A stretch of DNA of 52,948 nucleotides from a virus. Taxonomy: Duplodnaviria; Caudoviricetes. Numbering within the stretch: the first letter of the stretch is position 1; every line of letters starts with the position of its first letter. Both the position numbers and the translations under genes were made by a program. Below are positions 1-7,667 of this stretch, in pieces. The notes under the pieces are model-generated. The model did not search any database and was not told the DNA's origin. It worked only from the letters and a program-made list of their open reading frames with translations. The stretch is from the IMG/VR virus record IMGVR_UViG_3300020171_000037, positions 1-52,948 of that record; one strand, written 5' to 3'.

Positions 1-44
1 ATGTAACCTTGTGACCTCAATAAAAAAAAAGTGTGGGTTTTGAA

Positions 45-175
45 ATAACATTTGTTATAAAAAGTTAATACACTAAGTAAAAATGAAAACGAATAATTTT
101 AATTTAACGTATTGATATTCAATTGATATAACATGTTATATTTTTGTTATAAAAAAACAGTAAATTTGTTATAAA
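45..175. repeat. Cluster of ATAACA/TGTTAT motifs upstream of terS (candidate cos/terminase-binding or operator region)
   Basis: TTTGTTATAAA at 51-61, 143-153 and 165-175; perfect palindrome ATATAACATGTTATAT at 126-141. Function is inferred from position only. Confidence 0.4.
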
Positions 176-177
176 TT

Positions 178-321
178 ATGAAAAAATACAGAATTACATT
201 AGATTCGAGTTATCTATTCCAGGAACAAGTGATTGAAGCTGAAAACATACTTCATTTACTGAGTTTAATTTGCAATGCATACAATTTAGATAGGATTACT
301 AAAATAGAACTTATTGATTAA
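178..321 (+). CDS. Small hypothetical protein (47 aa)
   Basis: ATG..TAA ORF read by eye, below the ORF track cutoff. Confidence 0.35.
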   Translation: MKKYRITLDSSYLFQEQVIEAENILHLLSLICNAYNLDRITKIELID

Positions 322-351
322 GTAATACCTTTTACAACTAAACGAAAAACA

Positions 352-921
352 ATGGCATTACTAACGCGAAAAGAATTTGCAAAGCTGATTGACAAAGATC
401 CTTTATATCTAGGTGTTTATATTAGCCGTAAAAAGTTAATTATTGAAAACAAGAAACTCGATACTAACAATATTATTAACAAAGAGTTCATTAATAAGCA
501 TTCATCAATAAAAGAGTTTAAAGAATCAGAACAGAAACAAGAACAACAAACTGCAGGTAATGAAGTGAATATAGGCAATATTGACTATGTAGTAAAGCAA
601 CATTCTTTAAAATTAAATTCGATTAAGTTAAAAAAAGAACAACTCGAAATCGAAAAGAAACAAGCTAAGGTAATGCCAGTTGATTTTACAATTGAAATAT
701 TCAATAATTACATGAAGGGTAATATTAACGGTTTAATTAACGATGGGTTTTCGATAATAGATGAACTAATTGAAGAAATGAATGGTAGTTTTGAGCTTAA
801 ATTAAAATATAAGAAAGCATTAAAAGGAAAATTCAATGAAACAATTAGGATAAACCACGAATCAATTTCGAAAAGCATCATTGAAAAGGCTAATGAATAT
901 GCATTACAAAGGAATTGGTAA
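352..921 (+). CDS. Probable terminase small subunit
   Basis: N-terminal HTH-like segment (LLTRKEFAKLI), central coiled coil, typical size; would abut the recombinase-terL block if the cassette array were removed. Confidence 0.6.
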   Translation: MALLTRKEFAKLIDKDPLYLGVYISRKKLIIENKKLDTNNIINKEFINKHSSIKEFKESEQKQEQQTAGNEVNIGNIDYVVKQHSLKLNSIKLKKEQLEIEKKQAKVMPVDFTIEIFNNYMKGNINGLINDGFSIIDELIEEMNGSFELKLKYKKALKGKFNETIRINHESISKSIIEKANEYALQRNW

Positions 922-939
922 TCTCTTTTTTGGCATTGC

Positions 940-1071
940 GTACAACGTTTGGTATATGACCAGTAGCGGATTAAATAGTAATAACCTATCAAATTAGTAG
1001 AATGAATATAGATACAACAGAAACTTCGCAAACCACCGCCCCCGCTATTGGTTATATACCGCGTGTTACCT
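940..1071 (+). repeat. attC-like site A
   Basis: GTACAAC 940-946; arms GGTATATGACCAGTAGCGG 951-969 / CCGCTATTGGTTATATACC 1042-1060; GTTACCT 1065-1071. Confidence 0.88.
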
Positions 1072-1680
1072 GCCGTTTTTCGTGTTTTAAATCTTTGCGC
1101 TGGTATTGGCGGAAACCGTAAAAACTGGAAAGATTGCCAAGTTACAGCCGTTGAAAAAGACCCTAAAATAGCAGCACTTTATAAAAAACTTTATCCTGAT
1201 GATACTGTAATAGTTGGTGATGCTTACGAATACTTAAAAGAAAACTTTGAAAACTTTGATTTTGTTTGGATTTCTCCACCATGCCAAAAGCATAGTAAAA
1301 TGATGAAATTTACAAGGCATAAAGTAGCCGATTACCCAGACTTTAAACTTTATGAAGTGATTGTGTTTTTAGACAACTTTTTTAAAGGGAAATGGGTTGT
1401 TGAAAACGTGAAACCTTATTACAAACCATTGATTGAACCGACAGCCGAAATTGGAAGACATTTATTTTGGGCAAACTTTAAGATTGACCAGGTAAAAGTT
1501 GAACAGCCTAAAAACTTTATAAACAAGGCTAATATGGAAGGTAAAAAGGCAATGATGGACTGGTTGGGCATTCACTTTGAAGAAACAATTTATTATGGTA
1601 AAAATCATTGCCCTGTTCAAATTTTAAGGAATTGCGTTCATCCAATAGTTGGTGAGGCTATTTTCTTAAATGGCAGGTAA
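1048..1680 (+). CDS. Short C5 cytosine DNA methyltransferase (cassette 1); start uncertain (TTG 1048 or GTG 1063, both within site A)
   Basis: Motif I LNLCAGIGG, catalytic SPPCQ, VVENV, motif X-like RNCV. Confidence 0.8.
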   Translation: MVIYRVLPAVFRVLNLCAGIGGNRKNWKDCQVTAVEKDPKIAALYKKLYPDDTVIVGDAYEYLKENFENFDFVWISPPCQKHSKMMKFTRHKVADYPDFKLYEVIVFLDNFFKGKWVVENVKPYYKPLIEPTAEIGRHLFWANFKIDQVKVEQPKNFINKANMEGKKAMMDWLGIHFEETIYYGKNHCPVQILRNCVHPIVGEAIFLNGR

Positions 1681-1764
1681 CTATTCGTATAAACTGCGTT
1701 GGCAAAGTCCGATGTCAGTTTATAAGTAGCTAAATGCCAAATGCAATTTATACGGGTGTTGTGG
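1675..1764 (+). repeat. attC-like site B
   Basis: AGGTAAC 1675-1681; arms CGTATAAACTGCGTTGGCA / TGCCAAATGCAATTTATACG; GTTGTGG 1758-1764. Confidence 0.85.
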
Positions 1765-1795
1765 TGCGTTTTTAAACATTTAATAAATAAATAAA

Positions 1796-2071
1796 ATGGG
1801 AATAAAGAAAATAGCAAGACCTATTAACTACGCAAAAAATTATTTTATTGAGTGGTTAAAAGAAAATGAAGCCTATAATATTGATGTATATGATGGGATT
1901 GATGAAAATGGTGAGTGGGATTATTACAGAACTGTAAGTGGATTTATAGGTGATTCATTGTACACGGTTTATTTTACGATGTGGCATGGTAAGATAAAAA
2001 TTGATTACTCTGATGATGAAAATAGATATTCTGATATGAGCATTTATGAGTTTATGCAGTTATTAACCTAA
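1796..2071 (+). CDS. Hypothetical protein (cassette 2)
   Basis: 91-aa ORF filling the cassette, A-rich leader, stop overlapping the next site's flank. Confidence 0.75.
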   Translation: MGIKKIARPINYAKNYFIEWLKENEAYNIDVYDGIDENGEWDYYRTVSGFIGDSLYTVYFTMWHGKIKIDYSDDENRYSDMSIYEFMQLLT

Positions 2072-2076
2072 ATGCA

Positions 2077-2167
2077 CTACAACGATGACAATAAACCAAG
2101 TTTGGTAACGAAACCGATTTCGTAACCAAATAGTGTCAAACCAAATAGGGTTTATTTGGGGTTATAC
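2077..2167 (+). repeat. attC-like site C
   Basis: CTACAAC 2077-2083; arms AATAAACCAAGTTTGGT / ACCAAATAGGGTTTATT; GTTATAC 2161-2167. Confidence 0.8.
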
Positions 2168-2203
2168 AATGGCTTTCAAGTAATTAACTCAAATAAAAAT
2201 TAT

Positions 2204-2596
2204 ATGAACAATTTAAACGAATTATCAAAACAGATTTACGAAGGTAATAAACTTCGCGGCTTCGATGTTTCAAAAGAAAATATCGGACAAACATTAATGC
2301 TTATAGTATCAGAACTGTCAGAAGCTTTGGAAGCTGATAGGAAAGCAAAATTTGCGAATATGAAAGTGTTTGAAAGTTGCATGGAAGCTGATGATATTAA
2401 AGAAAGTGATATGGATTATTACATAAAACAATCATTTGAATTTAATATTAAAGACACTTTTCAAGATGAAATTGCAGATACATTAATTCGCCTATTTGAT
2501 TTATGCGGTGGTTTACAAATTGATATTGAAAAGCATATTAAATATAAATTAGATTACAATTCAAAGCGAGAATTTAAACACGGTAAGCGTTATTAA
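2204..2596 (+). CDS. MazG-like nucleotide pyrophosphohydrolase (cassette 3)
   Basis: LMLIVSELSEALEA..DEIADTLIRLFD..KLDYN..R..KHGKRY pattern; ATG at 2204 preferred over TTG at 2156. Confidence 0.8.
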   Translation: MNNLNELSKQIYEGNKLRGFDVSKENIGQTLMLIVSELSEALEADRKAKFANMKVFESCMEADDIKESDMDYYIKQSFEFNIKDTFQDEIADTLIRLFDLCGGLQIDIEKHIKYKLDYNSKREFKHGKRY

Positions 2597-2602
2597 GCTA
2601 TT

Positions 2603-2697
2603 GTATAACGGTGGTTGTATGGTGTCGGTTTGCCTTGCAGAAACTTTCACAATACCGATACATTATCCGGCAAACTGCACTATACAACGTGTTAGCC
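2603..2697 (+). repeat. attC-like site D
   Basis: GTATAAC 2603-2609; arms GTTGTATGGTGTCGGTTTGCC / GGCAAACTGCACTATACAAC; GTTAGCC 2691-2697. Confidence 0.9.
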
Positions 2698-2739
2698 GTT
2701 CGGTTTTTATTTTAGTAATTAACTTTAAAACAATATTTT

Positions 2740-3033
2740 ATGAACGAAAAATTAGAACAGGCAAATAAACTACAAAAACAGATTGAAGAACTGGAAAACT
2801 TTCTTTTCGTAGTTGTAGAATTTGACGAAAAATCAAAAGCAATACCGAGCGTTTGGTGCTCAATGACTAAAACCATTAAAGTTGAATTGTCATTGTTTGG
2901 CTTTAGGGGTTTTGGCTGTGGAAATCATTCGCAAACCGTGGTTATACCTAATTTAATCAGAAATAACCTAATTGATTCCTGTAAAGCAAGGCTTCAGGAA
3001 TTAAAAGATGAACTTGCTACGAAGCTGTCTTAA
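2740..3033 (+). CDS. Hypothetical protein (cassette 4)
   Basis: 97-aa ORF filling the cassette. Confidence 0.75.
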   Translation: MNEKLEQANKLQKQIEELENFLFVVVEFDEKSKAIPSVWCSMTKTIKVELSLFGFRGFGCGNHSQTVVIPNLIRNNLIDSCKARLQELKDELATKLS

Positions 3034-3039
3034 ACTGAC

Positions 3040-3335
3040 GGCTAACGATTGGCGGTATATTGTCGGTTGCCGCTTGAATAACCGACACAGTTGAAACGAG
3101 TATTAACTTAACAATTTACGTGCGATGGATAACTTACAAATTAGAGACCAATTTGATTCTGTAACATTCAGAAACAAAAAAGCTGTTTGCATTTTAGAGG
3201 TGCAAAATGAATATAAAACTTCTGAATTTCGATTGAAAAAAAGTGATGCAATAAGCATAATTGCACATTTGCAGGAGTGGGTAGGCATAAAAGCCGATAC
3301 GAGCAAAAGCAACTGCAATATACCGCGTGTTGTGC
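3040..3335 (+). repeat. attC-like site E with a ~238-nt coding loop
   Basis: GGCTAAC 3040-3046; arms GCGGTATATTGTCGGTTGC 3052-3070 / GCAACTGCAATATACCGC 3309-3326; GTTGTGC 3329-3335. Confidence 0.8.
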
Positions 3336-3448
3336 CCTGTTTACCTAGTTACTCATGCCCCTATTGCAATAGCACGCTTATTAACTACAATAAAGTTGAT
3401 GGTTGGAGTTGTGATAATTGTGACGAAACCTGGTTGAATCCTTCTTAA
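3125..3448 (+). CDS. Hypothetical protein with C-terminal zinc ribbon (cassette 5); N-terminal part encoded inside site E
   Basis: CPYC..CDNC; reads through the right arm and GTT box. Confidence 0.65.
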   Translation: MDNLQIRDQFDSVTFRNKKAVCILEVQNEYKTSEFRLKKSDAISIIAHLQEWVGIKADTSKSNCNIPRVVPCLPSYSCPYCNSTLINYNKVDGWSCDNCDETWLNPS

Positions 3449-3453
3449 ATAGG

Positions 3454-3546
3454 GTACAACGTTGGCGGTATGAACTGACCGCCTATAAGACAGTTCAATA
3501 GTACAAATTATGCTCTCAGGCGGTTTGTTTATACCGTGGGTTGTAG
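3454..3546 (+). repeat. attC-like site F
   Basis: GTACAAC 3454-3460; arms GCGGTATGAACTGACCGCCT / AGGCGGTTTGTTTATACCGT; GTTGTAG 3540-3546. Confidence 0.87.
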
Positions 3547-3563
3547 GGCGTTATTCAATATTT

Positions 3564-3974
3564 ATGACCATAGAAAATATTATTTACGAAACGACAAGAG
3601 AGATTTATAGTATTGAAGATAAGCTTAGAATTGCCACTATATTTTTATTCTGCGAAAAAATGGATTCTAAATTATTTGCTGAATTGCTTTACACTGACAA
3701 CCACGAAAAATTTATTGATAATATAAATTTGGAGTATTCTCATTATGAAGTTGATTTCTCTATTAGATTACAAGATAAAAATGTGAGAAATAGCTTTTAT
3801 AAAACGCTTGAAAAAGCTAAAGAACAATTTGACGACAATGGGTTTTACAAGGCTTTATTTGAGAAAGACGAATTTGCACTTGTAATTTATGAAATAGTAG
3901 GCTACAATTTTGATGCTATACAAATGAAAAAAATTACAAAGAATATAGCCGTTCAGTTGCAGCTCGCTCTCTAA
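3564..3974 (+). CDS. Hypothetical protein (cassette 6)
   Basis: ATG at 3564; the frame is also open from ATG 3510 within site F. Confidence 0.75.
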   Translation: MTIENIIYETTREIYSIEDKLRIATIFLFCEKMDSKLFAELLYTDNHEKFIDNINLEYSHYEVDFSIRLQDKNVRNSFYKTLEKAKEQFDDNGFYKALFEKDEFALVIYEIVGYNFDAIQMKKITKNIAVQLQLAL

Positions 3975-3978
3975 TGCC

Positions 3979-4041
3979 CTACAACGAATTGGTGTATGCG
4001 GAGGCTGAGGCACGAAGCTTACGTATGACACCGTGTTATAC
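3979..4041 (+). repeat. attC-like site G (shortest, 63 bp)
   Basis: CTACAAC 3979-3985; arms GGTGTATGCG / CGTATGACACC; GTTATAC 4035-4041. Confidence 0.8.
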
Positions 4042-4146
4042 ACTGGCGTTAACCACTTACCTGCAATTGAAACACGGACGTAATAATTATTTTTTTAGGG
4101 AGGGTATTTTTCTTTAATATTTCTTGTGTATATGAAATATACAATA

Positions 4147-4154
4147 TATCTTTG
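4147..4154 (+). promoter_or_regulatory. Bacteroidota-type -7 promoter box inside cassette 7
   Basis: TATCTTTG matches TAnnTTTG, ~40 nt upstream of ATG 4193. Confidence 0.55.
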
Positions 4155-4192
4155 TTGTAAGAAATTTAATTAGAAACTAAAAACATACGATT

Positions 4193-4468
4193 ATGACTAA
4201 TCAAATTATTTTTAAAAAAGGACAAAAGGTAACAATTACCAACGGAATGAATGCTTCTGATTTTAACATGAACCAAACTTGGAGCATTATGAGTGCCTAC
4301 AATGTTGAAGAATGGTTTAAAAAGGAATTTACAATTGAAGGTACAGTAAAGTTAATAACATTTACTCATTCGCCAGAAGTGTATGGAGCTTATCTATTAC
4401 AACATAATGGCGTTAATGTTGGGTATATTTACAATACAGGAATTAAAGCTATTAAAGATGAAGCGTAA
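4193..4468 (+). CDS. Hypothetical protein (cassette 7, gene 1)
   Basis: 91-aa ORF. Confidence 0.7.
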   Translation: MTNQIIFKKGQKVTITNGMNASDFNMNQTWSIMSAYNVEEWFKKEFTIEGTVKLITFTHSPEVYGAYLLQHNGVNVGYIYNTGIKAIKDEA

Positions 4469-4619
4469 AAACTTAGACTTAACAGAGAATTGCATAAAAG
4501 AAATTGCAAAAGAGGCTATTGATAAAGGCACAGATTTTAAAAATTTAGCTCAGGATATATTAGAAGTACATGCCAAAACCTTAATTGCCGATAGGCAAAA
4601 GAGCGAGGGCAAAAAATAA
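4458..4619 (+). CDS. Small putative ribbon-helix-helix DNA-binding protein (cassette 7, gene 2)
   Basis: MKRKNLDLTENCIKEIAKEA..GTDFKNLAQDILE strand-helix-helix pattern; ATG at 4458. Confidence 0.55.
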   Translation: MKRKNLDLTENCIKEIAKEAIDKGTDFKNLAQDILEVHAKTLIADRQKSEGKK

Positions 4620-4673
4620 TTATGGATAGTTTACACAGGCATTGATTAAGTGAGCTGAGGTTCTTACGCTTGT

Positions 4674-4769
4674 GTATAACGGCTGGCGGTATGGTGTCGG
4701 TTTGCCTTGCAGACTTTTTCAACCTATCACAGACCTTAATGGCAAACTGCACTATACCGCATGTTGTGT
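4674..4769 (+). repeat. attC-like site H
   Basis: GTATAAC 4674-4680; arms GCGGTATGGTGTCGGTTTGCC / GGCAAACTGCACTATACCGC; GTTGTGT 4763-4769; arms nearly identical to site D. Confidence 0.9.
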
Positions 4770-4838
4770 GTCTGGTGCGGTCAAATTGCGAAACAGTTGA
4801 TTAAATGAACAGATGTAATAATTAAATATTTTTTAGGG

Positions 4839-5060
4839 ATGGCATTTTTTGATTTAAACACAATGAGGGAACAGGATGCAGTTATGCAATGCCCATACTG
4901 TTTTGAAGATTTAACTGAAAAAGATATAATTGGTGAAACAGTATATGATGTTGTAAGAATAGGACATAACATTGGTGGAGATGCAACAGTTTTTGAATGT
5001 CCGAAATGCTTTGAAAAATCATTTATTCATAAAGAAAGTTTGAAATGGAAAATACAATAA
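4839..5060 (+). CDS. Small zinc-finger protein (cassette 8, gene 1)
   Basis: CPYC..CPKC. Confidence 0.7.
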   Translation: MAFFDLNTMREQDAVMQCPYCFEDLTEKDIIGETVYDVVRIGHNIGGDATVFECPKCFEKSFIHKESLKWKIQ

Positions 5061-5275
5061 ACTTTGAAGGTAAAGAAATAAAATGGGAATATACTATCTG
5101 CCCATGCTTGCAATGCCCAATTTATCCAACAAAAAAGAAATGGGAAGAAGAAGCAGAAAAAGACGTAAGAAAGGATAAGTGCTATACTTCAAGATGCACT
5201 TATTCAAAAAATCTTGCAGCGAGTATTGCTTGGGAAATACATGATTTACGTTTTGGTTGGGAGGAAAATATTTAA
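5045..5275 (+). CDS. Small Cys-containing hypothetical protein (cassette 8, gene 2)
   Basis: 76-aa ORF overlapping the previous gene's end. Confidence 0.6.
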   Translation: MENTINFEGKEIKWEYTICPCLQCPIYPTKKKWEEEAEKDVRKDKCYTSRCTYSKNLAASIAWEIHDLRFGWEENI

Positions 5276-5327
5276 TTATGGTCAAGTTCCTACAAATGTT
5301 CATTAAATGCACGAATGTAGCACTTGC

Positions 5328-5458
5328 ACACAACGTATGGTGCTATGAGCAGTAGCGGAATTTAAAAAACTAAACTTGAAAATTATGACAGAATTAAATA
5401 ATATACCTGAACTTGAAGCAAACACGAACACCGCTATTGATTATAGCACGTGTTACAG
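5328..5458 (+). repeat. attC-like site I
   Basis: ACACAAC 5328-5334; arms GTGCTATGAGCAGTAGCGG / CCGCTATTGATTATAGCAC; GTTACAG 5452-5458. Confidence 0.9.
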
Positions 5459-6287
5459 GCAGTACGGTATTAATGTACTGTCTCTATTCGATGGAATGTC
5501 TTGTGGTAGAATTGCTTTAGAACGAGCAGGAAATAAAGTAAACAACTACTTTGCTTCTGAAATAGATGAAAAAGCAATTTACATAACGCAAAAAAACTAC
5601 CCAAACACAAAACAACTTGGAAGTGTTACAGAAATTAAAGGTACGGATTTACCGCAAATTGACCTATTAATAGGAGGGTCTCCCTGCCAAAGTTTTAGTT
5701 CATTTGGTAACGGAAAGGGTTTTGATGGTAAAAGTGGATTATTCTGGGAATTTGTAAGGATTTTGAATGAAGTAAAACCAACATTCTTTTTACTTGAAAA
5801 TGTTGTGATGAAAAAAGAATGGGAAGATATTATTACAGATGCACTTGGAGTAGAACCTATACGCATTAACTCAAATCTATTTTCTGCTCATAACAGACCG
5901 AGAATATATTGGACCAACATACCAATAAATGAATTGCCAAAGGAAAACAAAACAACTGTTTATGATATTTTAGAAACACCAAGCTTTCATAATAACTACC
6001 CTAAATGGTTGTTGGGTAAATTTGGAAATAAAACGAGATTAGAACAGTTGTGGTATGCTGATGGGAAAGCAAGTTGTTTAACTTCAAATATGCACAAAGG
6101 ACAAAAATCTACATTTACAAAAGACAGGAACGAAAATATACATAGACTTACTGTTATAGAATGTGAGAGATTACAAACTGTACCTGACAATTATACAGAA
6201 GGTGTTTCAAACACAGATAGGTATAAAATGTTAGGGAATGGCTGGACTGTTTCTGTGATTGCTCACATTTTCGGAGGACTAAAGTAG
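5385..6287 (+). CDS. C5 cytosine DNA methyltransferase (cassette 9); starts in the loop of site I
   Basis: VLSLFDG, GGSPCQ, LLENV, ERLQT, LGNGW motifs. Confidence 0.92.
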   Translation: MTELNNIPELEANTNTAIDYSTCYRQYGINVLSLFDGMSCGRIALERAGNKVNNYFASEIDEKAIYITQKNYPNTKQLGSVTEIKGTDLPQIDLLIGGSPCQSFSSFGNGKGFDGKSGLFWEFVRILNEVKPTFFLLENVVMKKEWEDIITDALGVEPIRINSNLFSAHNRPRIYWTNIPINELPKENKTTVYDILETPSFHNNYPKWLLGKFGNKTRLEQLWYADGKASCLTSNMHKGQKSTFTKDRNENIHRLTVIECERLQTVPDNYTEGVSNTDRYKMLGNGWTVSVIAHIFGGLK

Positions 6288-6293
6288 TATTGC

Positions 6294-6422
6294 CTGTAAC
6301 GTTGAAGCTATGACCAGTAAAGGATTACGGAGCGATAAACTGTCAACTGATACCAAGCTGGATGCGAGCTATAACGTTTGAATAACCGCCGAAACCTTTA
6401 TTGGTTATAGGTTGTGTTACCT
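6294..6422 (+). repeat. attC-like site J
   Basis: CTGTAAC 6294-6300; arms CTATGACCAGTAAAGG / CCTTTATTGGTTATAG; GTTACCT 6416-6422. Confidence 0.88.
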
Positions 6423-6465
6423 GCTGGTGTTTGTACTAATTTATTAATATTCTTAATTTTACGAT

Positions 6466-7644
6466 ATGAAAACGATTAAAAGGAACAACGGAAACGACAT
6501 TAAAATTTATGCAACTACTTTAGAAGATGTTGCATTTGAACAAATTAAAGAACTTGGCGAATTTGAACCATACCAAGATTCTAAAATTAGGATTATGCCC
6601 GATTGCCACGCTGGTGCAGGTTGCACCATTGGAACTACAATGGAAATTAAAGACAAAATTACACCTAATTTAGTGGGAGTAGATATTGGTTGCGGAATGC
6701 TTACGGTTAAACTAAAAGAAACCGATATTGATTTACAAAAGTTAGATGCTGTTATTAATGAATTTGTACCAAATGGATTTAATACACATACTGAACCTAA
6801 AGCAGAATTTGAGTTTGATAAATTGCTTGCTAAAAACCTAAACGTTGGACGTGCTAAATTATCAATTGGCTCTTTGGGTGGCGGAAACCATTTTATTGAA
6901 GTTGGTAAAAACTCAAAAGGTGAGTTATTTTTGGTTATACATTCAGGTTCTCGAAATATTGGTGGACAAGTTGCAAAATATTACCAAGATATTGCAATTG
7001 AAAACTTAACGGATAACTCTAAAGAACGTGAAGAATTGATTGAGCGTTTGAAAAAAGAAGGTAAGCAAAATGAGATTGGCGAAGAGTTGAAAAAACTTAA
7101 AAAACCAATTATAAACAAAGATTTGGCTTACCTAACTGGTACTGACTTTGATAATTATATGCACGATATGGAATTGATGCAGAAATTTGCTGTATTAAAC
7201 CGTAGAACTATGGCAAATATTGTATTAGAAAAGGCTCAATTAACCGAAGCCGAAGCATTTGAAACAATACATAATTACATTGATTTTAAACGTATGATTT
7301 TGCGAAAAGGTGCTGTTTCTGCTGAAAATGGAGAAACCTTACTTATTCCAATTAATATGCGTGACGGGTCAATTATTGCCAAAGGTAAGGGGAATGAAGA
7401 TTGGAACTACTCCGCACCACATGGAGCAGGGCGTTTGATGGGTAGAAATGAAGCACATAAAAAATTGAACTTTGATGAATTTAAAGAACAAATGAAAGAT
7501 GTTTATTCAACTTCTGTTTTAACCGAAACACTGGACGAAGCTCCAAACGCCTACAAGTCAATGAATGAAATTATCGAAGCAATTGGAGAAACTGTTGAAA
7601 TTGTAGATATTATCAAACCTATCTATAATTTCAAAGCTCATTAA
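6466..7644 (+). CDS. rtcB: RtcB-family RNA ligase (cassette 10)
   Basis: MPDCHAG, VGVDIGCG, GSLGGGNHFIE, IHSGSR, HNY..RKGA, SAPHGAGR, DEAP.AYK motifs. Confidence 0.95.
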   Translation: MKTIKRNNGNDIKIYATTLEDVAFEQIKELGEFEPYQDSKIRIMPDCHAGAGCTIGTTMEIKDKITPNLVGVDIGCGMLTVKLKETDIDLQKLDAVINEFVPNGFNTHTEPKAEFEFDKLLAKNLNVGRAKLSIGSLGGGNHFIEVGKNSKGELFLVIHSGSRNIGGQVAKYYQDIAIENLTDNSKEREELIERLKKEGKQNEIGEELKKLKKPIINKDLAYLTGTDFDNYMHDMELMQKFAVLNRRTMANIVLEKAQLTEAEAFETIHNYIDFKRMILRKGAVSAENGETLLIPINMRDGSIIAKGKGNEDWNYSAPHGAGRLMGRNEAHKKLNFDEFKEQMKDVYSTSVLTETLDEAPNAYKSMNEIIEAIGETVEIVDIIKPIYNFKAH

Positions 7645-7667
7645 ATGCAGTGCAGTTTCTTACACTT

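Noticed and set aside
1002-1121. ATG at 1002 in the loop of site A as the methyltransferase start
   Set aside because: It is out of frame with the MTase and stops after ~39 codons. It would need a 1-nt slip (e.g. in the T5 run at 1076-1080), which cannot be shown from the sequence.
4193-4619. Cassette 7 as a toxin-antitoxin pair
   Set aside because: The own-promoter, two-gene layout with an RHH-like protein is suggestive, but the 91-aa protein shows no toxin motif I recognise.
940-6422. The intergenic repeats as a CRISPR array, REP elements or terminators
   Set aside because: They are not identical direct repeats with short spacers, they lack T tails, and they have invariant AAC/GTT ends with gene-spanning flank complementarity.
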